Shown here: positions 31,188 to 41,853 of the stretch, piece after piece | How positions within the stretch are numbered: position 1 is the first letter of the stretch | How the letters are laid out: each line of letters opens with the position of its first letter | The notes under the pieces: model-generated | The model's input: the letters and a program-made list of their open reading frames with translations, nothing else | Database searches by the model: none | What the model was told of the DNA's origin: nothing | Made by a program: the position numbers and the translations under genes | Origin: Marsupella aquatica | Lineage: Eukaryota > Plantae > Marchantiophyta | Assembly: GCA_973895155.1 (NCBI GenBank) | Contig: OZ316891.1 | Location: forward strand, 25,047,899-25,111,898 | Direction: 5' to 3' | Length of the DNA stretch: 64,000 nt

Positions 31188-33296
31188 GGGGGTATTTACA
31201 AACGACAGGAACCAGGATACAGTAACAGCAAACAGTTACTGTTACCAGGAGAAATGGAAAAAATAACATGGGATTGAGCTCCATTATTTGGTCAAGAAGT
31301 TAAAAAAACACCATCAATAAACCCCATTTTCAGTCGTTTTCAATACCACCATCCAATTGTCAAGGAAAGTAGGGGCCATTAGAATAAAGGTGTTGCCAAA
31401 AACCGGTGATGGCCAGCGCACAACGCTAGTATGTCGGCAGGGAAGGGCAAAAATTTAGGTATTCATAAAATAACAAAAAAGATGGAGATTCTACGTAACG
31501 TCCATCAAGAAGAGAACAGTAAACTTAACGACCACTAGAAAAAGGCGTTGCAAAAACATGCGGATATTAGCAGCGCCCAACGCTAGTATGCTGGAAGAGA
31601 TTGTCCGTGACATCAATCGAGAAGTGAACACAGGAAACGCAATTTGAAGCATTTCCAACAAAGAGAGGCAATGGCAGACGTTGAATATTTTCAGCGATGG
31701 GCGCTACATTAAATGTCAGACCTCAAGAAATCAACGTCTAAACACGGAATACAATGACCAAAGGCAGCGCTCGGCGCTAGCTCAAATCTAGGAATCAATG
31801 AATGACCATGAAAGAACAAGAGAGCCGATCCAAAAGTGCATTCCTTAATTCCAAAATTGGTCAAAACATATAACCGGTATTACACCATCCGCAGATCATC
31901 TTCAAATCAACCCACGGCATAACATGAACATAAGCAGCGCTCGGCGCTAGCTAAAATCTAGCTATCTTAAATGTAGCCCGCCCTGGCCCGTATGTGCTTT
32001 AGCTCGACCTGAGCCGCACATAACAGGGCCGCTGATCCAAAATGGGCCAAAGATGGAGCAGGAAATACATGAACTTAGAATCACCCATAGAATAAATCCC
32101 ACGGTCCAAGAAGAACAAAAGTAGCGCTTGGCGCTAGCTTAAATGGAAAGCCTATGGCCACTGAAGCTTGTGTCACTGAAACCATCTCCGTCGTGATTAA
32201 CTTTAGCTCTGCGATTGGCAGTCGTCGTCGATGCCCGCCCTGGCACGTCTATGGTTTTGCTTGAAACCTAGACCCCTGAGACGGACATAAGAAGATGAGG
32301 GGCGCTGAAACTCCGAACTCTGATTCCCGAGGTCTGGAACATTTGTATCTAGGAAGTCAACACGTCCCAGTCGCTCTTGTACTCGTAGCTCAATAGGCTG
32401 AATACCATCAGTAGGAACGAGAGAATGAAACAAAAAATGATCAACAACTACGAGCGGAGTGTCCCGGTCATTAATCCAAGGTAAGTTCCTCTCCTCGGGA
32501 CTAATCGCCTCATCATAAGGAAGAGAAAAACGATTCCAGAAGGTCGAGGTCTCGCTGGATGTGTCACCATGAATGGACTCGAAGGAGCTAAAGTGACTCT
32601 CGTCCGGTCAAACTCTGGAAGGAGAAAAGAAGGCAAGCATCTCCTCCAAAGACATGATCTCCTTCTTCTCCATCTAGTGGGCAATGATAAACGCAATCGA
32701 GGCTAATGACAAGACCGGTGGTGTTGAAATGACTCGACTTCGAGAGAGGTTGTGTTTGAAATGACTTGCAAGAGTGACCCAATGGAGAGTTTAGGTTCGG
32801 AGATCAGAAAAAACGTATCACAAAAAGGTTCAACGCAAAAAGGACCATTGAGAAAGAGACGACTGTTCCGGTAGCGACAAAATATGCGGGGCCAAGGAAC
32901 GGACGGAGGATTTAAAATTCGCAATTAGAAAAATAGACGTTTGGGGAGCGCCCGGCGCTAGTAAGGGAAATGAGGAACTTAATCCATTTTATTATCAATG
33001 TAATGTTCCCATTTCAAGAATCCTTTAATTTTATTCCAACAATTTTAAATTCCCAACAAAGAGTCCTCTGATTGTCTTCCATTCTTGCAGCATTCTCAGC
33101 GTAAGAGGGTAACACAAATGGTTTCTCCGGAGTGACAATTTCAAAACGAGCTACCTTTCTTCTGAGTTTGAAGCGTCTTCTCGTATTCCATTCAGACCTG
33201 GGTGAGAACAGAAGTTCGTCAACCGATTGTATGAATGGATATCACAAAGGCATGAAGGAACTGGAAAGGAGAAAGAAGCTTACGAGTTTCAGAACA

Positions 33297-33863
33297 TTAC
33301 TCGGAAGAGTCATCGCTGTCACTCTGGCCAGCGGATTGTTCCTGACCCTTCCCCTCAGGTGTGCCATCCTCATCTTTGTCTGCTGTACCACCACTTGACT
33401 CATCGTCAGAGTCAAAATTGAGTACAGAACGAAGCTTGTCCCTCTTTTTCTTTTCGGGTGGCTGAATTGGGGGTGGCAAAGTTTCGACTTCCTTTGGAGA
33501 AAGTAGATCTAAGAACACCTTGGAACCAGTCTCAACAAAATCTTTCCTATTCTCCACTCCAATTACAAACCTCTTAGAATAGTCTCCAGCTACAAAAGAG
33601 CTGCCCGACCCCATTGTCCAATCCATGAAAATATCCCTAGGACGAGTGATGAGCTCAATCACAGATTGCATGAATCCAACAGACAATCGGGCATTTCCAG
33701 CAAATTCCATCTCAGGTGTTGGATCGACTTTGAGAGAGGGAAGTCCAATTAGATTTGTTATTGAGGGATCTTCGGTGGCAGACAGAGGTCTAAACCTCGA
33801 GTCTTTTGGCACCTTCCCTTTTTCAGACACTCGAGAGAAGACGTCCAGCCTCAGCGTGAAGAT
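33297..33863 (-). CDS. MULE accessory gene, 3' exon: N4/N6 DNA methyltransferase-like SAM-binding half
   Basis: LSVGFMQSVIELITRPRDIFMDWTMGSGSSFVAGDYSKRFVIGVE matches the beta-class MTase pattern P..L...lI...t..gd.vlDpF.GSGtt..aa....R..iG.E. Acceptor TTACAG at 33864 is in frame with the exon ending at 49478. Confidence 0.75.
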   Translation of the reverse strand: MFTLRLDVFSRVSEKGKVPKDSRFRPLSATEDPSITNLIGLPSLKVDPTPEMEFAGNARLSVGFMQSVIELITRPRDIFMDWTMGSGSSFVAGDYSKRFVIGVENRKDFVETGSKVFLDLLSPKEVETLPPPIQPPEKKKRDKLRSVLNFDSDDESSGGTADKDEDGTPEGKGQEQSAGQSDSDDSSE

Positions 33864-33938
33864 CTGTAATATAACCCAAGCAAGGTATGTCAATGGATGC
33901 ATTTGTAGACAATTTTTTAACGGCAAACCAGATGTCAC

Positions 33939-36900
33939 TGTGGTGCGTCCCATGGCTCCCTAAACCCAAGAAACCCCCCAGCTCAAGCCGATTCCCGCAG
34001 GTTTCGTGCTTGGCGAGGCCGTTTCCGCGGCTTAGCGGCATGGGACGCTGCTAACCTTCTACTACTACTATTAACATTTTACACACATATACTGGACAGA
34101 TCCTTCATCGGGTCATGAGATACGTAGCCGGCCTAATATAGGCCTTCCCATGTCTTCCCCTGTCTTCCCCTCCGTCTTGTTAGGTATGTTTGGATTCCGC
34201 CGCCGGAATGATCCCCAATAGGCTTGGTTAAGCCGCTAAGACCTCTCTCAGCTCGACACATCCAACTCTCACTCCCCTGCTTACTTTCCTTCCTTCTGTT
34301 GATGTGGGCACTCTTCACACAAGTTAATGCGACACACAAATAGCAAAATGACTCATTCTGACTGAGTCATACCATGCACTTGCCATACAAACAGTACATC
34401 TCATACACAAGTTCTGCGAACTAAGCCGTGAGGCCAACTCTATTCAGCTCTTAGGCATGAGGAAACATGAATATACACAAGGGTCACTGTATGACTAACC
34501 GAGAGCTTCTCGTACTACTTGATCCCAGCCCGGCTGGTGCAAACTAAAAACTTGCTAAAGAAGAGGCCCTGAGCTCCCCGCTGCCCAGGTACTTATCCTG
34601 GTAGTGGATCCGCCATTCTTTGCATCGTAAGCCTAATCTACTTAACAGTAATCTACTTGCCCGAATCTACCTATGTACAGCAAGGCAGGAGCACAAGTGT
34701 TGCTCCTACCAGTGGGACCGCAATCCCACTAAGCTAAGTGTCAGGGCCGCTCCTGGTTCTGATCCTAATCCTAAACGTGGAGATCCGCGCCCGCCCTGCC
34801 CACTCACGCCTCCTCCCTCCACGTCCGCCCTCCCTAAAAGGAACGGCGCCCTTGCACCGTCACGACACCGGTGGTGGATCCTCAATGGACGCCCCCAACA
34901 CTTCCTCCTCAGCCACTGCCGTTGGCCCGCCTACTGACAGATTACCTGCCCTTGACCGAGTCAACTCTCCATCGGCCTGACTGGGTCCACCTTCGGCTTC
35001 AGCCTCGACACCGGCCTCGGCAATACCCACGGCTTCGGCCTCAGCCACTCCCACGGCTTCGGCTTCAGCCACTCCCTCGGCTTCGGCCTCCCCTTCCCCT
35101 AGGGTAGTTGGATCCTTAGCCGTGACCCTGTCTGGGGTCGGTGCTGGGTCTACCTCCTTGATCACTACGGCCTGTGAAGTCGTATTACTCCTTGACCCTG
35201 AAGGTTTCCGCTTCTTCTTCGTTGGTGGCTCGGCAGCTGGTCCCTTCCCCTTCCCACTTACTTCCGGCACTGGTGCAGTTGGCGCGGCTTGTCCTTCGGC
35301 AATTACCACCCCTGGTAACTGGTTTGTCCCAACGGGAGATGGACCTGCTGCAGCTAAGCATTTAAATACTGCGGCTTGTTTCTTCAGCCGCTCTGTTTGG
35401 TTGTCGGCCCGCCGCTGTAGGTTCTCCATCTTCCTCGTGATTTCCTCCAACTCCTCTTGGGTTTCATCCAGGTCCTTACGTGCCCCCTCCAGCTCGTTTT
35501 TGGCCTCCTCCTGCTCCCTGTGGGCTTCCTCCAATTCCTTCTTCAAGGTAGCCCTCTCCTCCTGGGTTGCTCTTAGCTCCTTGTCGAGCTCTGCAATGAT
35601 GACAGACTTCATCTGGTTCATCTTGGCGTAAGTCTGTTCGAGCATCTCGTCCTTCTCCCTTAGGTCGGCCTTGAAGCTGGCCGTCAGGGACGCAAGCTCC
35701 TGCTGCAGCGCCATAATCCCTTGATAGGATTTCCCTAACTCGACCTCCTTCTGCTCAAGGGCTCCGCGGATTTTCTCGAGCTCCCCTTTCAACGCCCATT
35801 CCTTTCTTTGGGTCTCCGCCATGGCCCGGCTGTTGGCTGTTATGTGGGCCTCCTCTGTATTCTTCAGCTCTTGCTTCCACTTCTCCCTCTCTTTGATCGT
35901 GTCGGCCAACTCTTCCTGCGTCTGAGTCAGTTTATCCTTGATATTCTGATTATCAGCCTGCGCGGTGTCCAACTGCCCCTGCATGATGTTCAGCTCATGT
36001 CGTTTAATCCGCAATTCATCTTGGGCTTTCTTGGCCGCCCTTAGATCTTCAATCTCGGCTTCCATCCTCCTAAGCCGCCGAATGACCTCGTCCTTCTTGC
36101 TTCTCTCTAAAGCCACCGCTTCTTCTAATTGGTGCTTCTCCAACTGCTCCCTATGGAAAAAGGGTCCTACCTCCAACTCCTCTCCAAAGATGCCGAGCGC
36201 AAGTTCCCCACACATCTCACCATACTCCATGGCTCTATTCTTAGCGTAGGTGGAGTAAGTAGAAGTGATCGGCATCGCCCATCGTGGCCTCTGCTCCCAA
36301 GCCGTCCTGCGGATCTCTTCAATCGTGGCTAGAGGTTTGCTTCCTTTTTCGGCTAGCCGCCTGATGTCCTCCGGCCAATCTCCTCCTGGTAAATCCTTTT
36401 CCTTAGCCAGGGCGGCCTCTTCCTCCTGCTTGATTCGCTCCTGAAATTCTTGCACCATCTGTTTTATGCCGTTGAAGCTCGGGGGAGCAACATCTGGTGG
36501 GGGAGACTCAGGGCTACTCTGCTGGTTGGGGTCCCCTCGCACTACCCTTGGAAGTGTGGGGACAAACCGGCCACAGGTCCTTACTCCTGGAACGTGATGG
36601 TCCGACCCATAGCCGGAATTATCATGGCTGCAGTCCTCCACTGCCTCCTCTACCTCTTGGACGTCCGGCTTCTCCCTCTCCTCTTCGTCGATAGGAGCTT
36701 CAGGCAATTCTGCCTCAGATTCGGAGCTTGAGGTTCCCACGTACATTCGAACACCTGGCTTGGATTCCGGCCTGATTCTCTCCTTGTCTCCAGCAAAGGG
36801 GTTTTCTCTTGTGAGCCGGTGTAGGCCTACCTCTGTAGTAGTGTCCTGCATTGTTGCCGTTGCCGTTGTTGTTGCCGATGCCGATTTCTTTTCTTTCTCC

Positions 36901-38598
36901 AGTAGTTTCAGCAGACTCTGCATGCCTGGTTGCTGCATCGGCAAGTCTTCCTTCCTGGGCCTAAACACCTGCTCGATCGTAGGACTAACAGGTGGTTGAG
37001 GCTTCTCAGCCAACGGCCTCGGCGTTGGAGCTTCCTCGGGTGCCCTTACCTACAGGGGAAGTACCGGGGCAAAAGTCTGACTTCTGGCATACCGGCACAA
37101 CAGCGGCATGTGATAGCCAAGCCGCAACACGCTCCCCATGCCGATTACCTGCTGCTCCTCCTTTAAGATCTTCTTCAATTGGTTGAGGAGGTACCCGTTG
37201 TAGTCCCGGCTTGGGTCTGGCCTTTCTGCCAGATAGACCTGTGCCTTGCCGATCTCTGCCCTCGGCAAGTTACAATGCATGGTCACCCGCAAGAAGTCGA
37301 TCATCTCTCCTATGTGCGGGTTGGTGCAGGTGTTCCGGAAGAAGCCATTCTTCGTTGATGGCCCGGGGAACGACCGGAACTCCTTGTCAGGCAAGGTCTT
37401 CCTGGTATCAACTTTGGTCTTATTGCCTATCGGCAGGCCAAACACTTCGGCAATTACCTTGGGAGTAAGATAGAAATCCTTCCCATATATCCTCGTGCAA
37501 TTGGTCTCGGGTTCCCATGACCCCACGAATTCTAATAGGTCTGACTCCGGTACCTCCGGCTTCAGCCATGGTAATCTTACAAAGGCCTCCAAGCCGGATC
37601 CGGCCATGAAGCCTTGGTACTTCTTGGTCTGCATGGCCGTAAAGCATGCATCCTCCTCCCGTGCAAAATGTAGTTGCACCTCCACCGGTAGGGTTGCCGC
37701 CCAGCCCTTCCAGGTGTCATCCCTGGTTGGAATGGCCTTGATGGGATCGACCTCCTCCTCTTCGGCTTCTCCCTGCCTCCTGCTCTGCTGCTCGGCTGGC
37801 TTCTTTGGTGCCGCCGACCTCGTTCTTTTTGCCGGGGTGGCTTCATCGTTGACGGCTCCCTTCCTCTTCATCTCTGCTGCCGTGGAGGTTTCTCCTAGCA
37901 CCGTTGCCCGGGTCCACCTTTCCGTGCTACCCTTTAATTCCCAGTGTATGTCGTTGCAGTTCTTGATGGCCTCTCGGATGCCGACGACGCTGTCTTTGCA
38001 AAACAGAAGATCGTCGAGTTGATTGGAAGTAGGCGTCCACAGGAACTCGTCCTTGATGAGTTTGCCTCCTAAGAAAGCCGTCTTCTGCAGCTCCCACAAT
38101 CGAGCGAGCTCCTGCCGTTCTCGAGCTGCCCTTTCTGATTCCTCGTCCTCGTAAGTCTTGATGTACTCAGTTGCCCGTTCGAACAAGCATCCCCAGAAAT
38201 GTGCCGCTTGATTGACGTTGCTCATACCCTCCTTAGGTTGATCGTCGGTATCTACTCTCTCCCCGAGTGCTTGCCTAAGCAGCTGACAGTAGTTGGCCTC
38301 CCGTAGTCGTCTGCCTAGTTCGTGCTCGCAAATGAGCCACCATCTCCTGCAAGCGCTCCTTACCCCTCTCCTCTGCCGGTCCTTCTTCCCGTTGATCCTT
38401 CCTAGCCGCCGACGCTTAACGCGCCCTAACCCTAATCGGGTTTTCACCCTCAGCCTTACCTCCGGCCTCTGCCCGGGTTCCATGGTTGCCCCTAATTGTT
38501 TATATTTTCCTTGTTTTGTCACTATACTAAGGTGTTCCTAGGGTGCCTTCCTGCTTTACCCACTTAACCGGCTGAGTGATTCCTGTCTAGGCATCACA
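33939..38598 (-). repeat. 3' LTR of element B (4660 bp)
   Basis: TGTGGTGC...GCATCACA; direct repeat of 44823-49458. Confidence 0.97.
34860..38522 (-). pseudogene. LTR ORF split by a CAG>TAG stop at 37050-37052
   Basis: 490-aa and 717-aa ORFs in the same frame, colinear with the 1228-aa protein. Confidence 0.9.
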
Positions 38599-41500
38599 TA
38601 GCTCCCCACTTAATTGTGAAGCGTCCTCGCGAACAACTTCATCTTCGTCCATATAGTATTTCTTGAGGCGGTCATAATGGATGCGAACTGGATATACCTC
38701 TCCCGTAATGTTGGCCAATTGTACGGAGCCATTGGGGAACATCATGGTTACTCTAAAGGGTCCTAACCAGCGAGTGTAAAGCTTTCCTGGAAACCTACTA
38801 TACCTACTGTCATAAAGTAGCACAAGATCACCGGTATGAATACTAACTACTTTTAACCTTTTATCATACTGCTGCTTCATGATATTCTGTCTATATTCTA
38901 CTCTCTCGGCTGAAATCATTCTCGCTTCCTCTAAAGCTTCTAACCTATATTCTCGCTCCTTTAGGCTCTCCTCCGCTGAGGCTCTTTCCTCAATTGTAAC
39001 TTGAAATGTCGGTATCTCAAGTTGCATGGGTACCAGGGCTTCTTGTCCAAAGGTTAAGAAGAAGGGTGTATGACCGGTAGTGGATTTATAGGCAAGATTG
39101 TAAGCAAAAACAGCAGCAAACAATTTATCATCCCAATCGAGTTTGTTCTGAGCTACTGTCTTGTTCAATATCTTTCCTATGATTCTGTTTGCTCGTTCTG
39201 TCAACCCGTTTGCCTTTGGATGGTAGGGAGTAGTAGGCCTATGTTTAACTAAATACTGCTCATTTAAACGACTAATTATATCATTCAAAAAATGGGTTCC
39301 TCTATCACTAACTAATTCTAGGGGTGCTCCATACCTGGTGAAGATCTGCTCATACATGAATCTAGCCGTAGTAATTGCATCATCCTTCGTTGTTGGTCTG
39401 GCCTCTACCCATTTAGTTGCATAATCCGTAGCCAGGATTATGTACTTGTTCCGTCGAGGGTGGGTCAGTGGTTTCAGAGGTCCAATGTAATCAATACCCC
39501 ACTTCTCGAATGGTGCCAGAGGTAGAATAGGGTGCAGTGGATGCCTGGTGGACGCCCTTGGTCCTCCCGCTCGTTGACAAGGATCGCATTGTTTGATAAA
39601 CTGATAGACATCTTTGTGCAAGGTGGGCCACCAGTAACCGGCATTTAATATCTTCTTAGACGTGGTTACTGGGGCAAAATGTCCTCCGGCCTCCTCTCCA
39701 TGCATGGCCCGTAGGACTCGTTTTACCTCTCTCTTTTCCAAACATCTTTGAATCGTGCCGTTGATTCCATGCTTGTGCAGTATGCCTTTAATGCACTGAT
39801 ACTGTCTGACCTTCCGCACAAAGACTGCGGCTTGCTCTCGGCTTAATCCTGGCTGTAATCTGGAAGTGCTGAGAAATTGTAAAATCTCAGGGTACCATGT
39901 ACCAGCTATTTCCACAACGAATAGCTCCTCGTCGGGGAATCGATCATCGATGCAATCCGTGGCAGGTTTACCTGTGATCCTTGAAAAGAAGTCGGCATTG
40001 GCATGTAACTTTCCCGGCTTGATCCTCAGCTCATAGTCAAACTCCTGTAATAGCAAAATCCATCTTGCTACTCTGCCTGTAAGGTCCGGCTTATTGACTA
40101 GGTACTTCAAACTTTCATGATCAGTATGAAAGATTACCTTGTACCCTAGTAAATAATGCCTAAACTTTTTACAAGAATAAATGACTCCTAATGCTTCTCT
40201 TTCCGTGGTAGAGTAGTTCCGTTCGGCATCGGCAAGCTGACGGCTTGCGAAGTATATGGGATGGTCCCTTCCTTTCTCATCCAACTGACTTAGTACTGAG
40301 CCAATACAGAAGCCCGAGACATCTACAAAAACATGAAAATCTTTGTTCCAGTCCGGTGCTATCATGACTGGGGCCTCTACTAACATCTGCTTCAATTCTA
40401 CCACCGCTGTGACTCGTTCGGGTGTGGGTTCGAAGTCTGCTCCTGCCTTGAGCATATTGGTTAATGGTAAAGCCAGCTTGGCAAAATCCTTGATGAACCG
40501 GCGATAGTAACCAATGCATCCCAAGAAGGATCTTACATCCTTTATGTTCTTAGGTTGCATGATATCTAGCCATACTGCTAGCTTACCTTTGTCAATCTCA
40601 ATGCCCTTCCTTGATACCTTGTGACCTAGTAGCACCCCCTCGGTTACTGCAAAAAAACATTTATCTGGGTGTAACTTGAGACCCACCTCTCTACATCTCA
40701 TGAAGGTTTTCCTGAGGTATTTAGCATGTTTCGATGCCTTCCCGAATACTGCAAAGTCATCAATGAAGATTTCCATGAACTTTCTCAAGTAATCATGAAA
40801 AATGTTCACCATTAATCGTTGGAACATAGCTGGTGCGTTGCAGAGTCCAAACGGCATACGATTGAAGACATAGATCCCCCATTCCGTGATGAAGGCCGTC
40901 TTGATTTGGTCTTCCTGCCGAATCCTGATTTGGTTATAACCAGAGTATCCATCCATGAATGAATATAGTTCATGACTGGCTACCATGTCTAGTACCATAT
41001 CAGTAAACGGTAAAGGAAAATGGTCTTTTAATGTTGCTTCATTCAGCTTCCTGTAATCCTGACAAACCCGGATCTTGGGTTTACCATCGGGTCCAGCTTT
41101 CTTGGGAACTATCACAATTGGAGACACCCAGTCTGAATGCAGGACTGGAGTGATGAATCCAGCTTCCACTAGTTTGTCGATTTCTGTTTTGACCAGCAGG
41201 GAATACTTCGGGTTCATCCTTCGAATTGGTTGTCGAAATGATTTGGCTCCTAACATGAGATCAATTTGATGTTCCCCTAGTGTTGGATCTACTCCCTTTA
41301 GATCTTGGTGACTCCATGCAAACACATCCTGAAATTCAATCAATAAGTCACTGATCTCTTTCTCGAGCTCAGGTGCTAGGTTTCTCCCTAAGTTCAGTTC
41401 TCTTCCCTCTCCTAAGTCGAGCTTCCGATATTGCCGTGCTTGGATCATATTAATCTGCTTCTTCAAATTCGGGTCCAGTTCGGCTTCCAGTCTCTCTAAT

Positions 41501-41853
41501 CTCATACCTCCATAAACTGGGATCTCGGCTGGACTAGCCGAGTTGGTCCCTTCCTTGGTGTCCATAGATTGTCCCCCTACCGGTCTATTCGGTTTTGAAT
41601 TAGTGGTCGGCTCCCCTTCCTGCCTTGGCTCTAGATCGTGTCTGTCCATCTCATCCACCTCTTGCTCCTGAGAGTTAGGCCGCTGTGCTCTCTCGGCTTC
41701 TAATAGGGCCTCAATTTGTTCTGCCCTCGTAATCGGCTTGTATGCCGATCCCTTGGTATTTAATTCCTTGCCGATGATCGATGGCGTTGTGGACCCCGTC
41801 GGCTCTGCCACAACGCCTGCAGAAAATCCACTGTCCCTGCTACTGCTCCCCAC
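38587..41853 (-). CDS. pol: pol: reverse transcriptase, RNase H, integrase
   Basis: WVSPIVIVPKK, DYRKLN, MPFGLCNAP, FIDD, RNase H DVS...EREAL...TDH, HHCC zinc finger, DDE core, GPF motif. No in-frame ATG at the 5' end. Confidence 0.97.
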   Translation of the reverse strand: MGSSSRDSGFSAGVVAEPTGSTTPSIIGKELNTKGSAYKPITRAEQIEALLEAERAQRPNSQEQEVDEMDRHDLEPRQEGEPTTNSKPNRPVGGQSMDTKEGTNSASPAEIPVYGGMRLERLEAELDPNLKKQINMIQARQYRKLDLGEGRELNLGRNLAPELEKEISDLLIEFQDVFAWSHQDLKGVDPTLGEHQIDLMLGAKSFRQPIRRMNPKYSLLVKTEIDKLVEAGFITPVLHSDWVSPIVIVPKKAGPDGKPKIRVCQDYRKLNEATLKDHFPLPFTDMVLDMVASHELYSFMDGYSGYNQIRIRQEDQIKTAFITEWGIYVFNRMPFGLCNAPAMFQRLMVNIFHDYLRKFMEIFIDDFAVFGKASKHAKYLRKTFMRCREVGLKLHPDKCFFAVTEGVLLGHKVSRKGIEIDKGKLAVWLDIMQPKNIKDVRSFLGCIGYYRRFIKDFAKLALPLTNMLKAGADFEPTPERVTAVVELKQMLVEAPVMIAPDWNKDFHVFVDVSGFCIGSVLSQLDEKGRDHPIYFASRQLADAERNYSTTEREALGVIYSCKKFRHYLLGYKVIFHTDHESLKYLVNKPDLTGRVARWILLLQEFDYELRIKPGKLHANADFFSRITGKPATDCIDDRFPDEELFVVEIAGTWYPEILQFLSTSRLQPGLSREQAAVFVRKVRQYQCIKGILHKHGINGTIQRCLEKREVKRVLRAMHGEEAGGHFAPVTTSKKILNAGYWWPTLHKDVYQFIKQCDPCQRAGGPRASTRHPLHPILPLAPFEKWGIDYIGPLKPLTHPRRNKYIILATDYATKWVEARPTTKDDAITTARFMYEQIFTRYGAPLELVSDRGTHFLNDIISRLNEQYLVKHRPTTPYHPKANGLTERANRIIGKILNKTVAQNKLDWDDKLFAAVFAYNLAYKSTTGHTPFFLTFGQEALVPMQLEIPTFQVTIEERASAEESLKEREYRLEALEEARMISAERVEYRQNIMKQQYDKRLKVVSIHTGDLVLLYDSRYSRFPGKLYTRWLGPFRVTMMFPNGSVQLANITGEVYPVRIHYDRLKKYYMDEDEVVREDASQLSGELCDA
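38599..38612 (-). promoter_or_regulatory. Polypurine tract, element B
   Basis: TAAGTGGGGAGCTA abutting the 3' LTR. Confidence 0.8.

Noticed and set aside
37050-37052. Programmed readthrough of the TAG in the LTR ORF, or of the gag TAG at 42174
   Set aside because: Element A has CAG at both sites; C>T decay at methylated CHG is simpler, and no readthrough context was seen.
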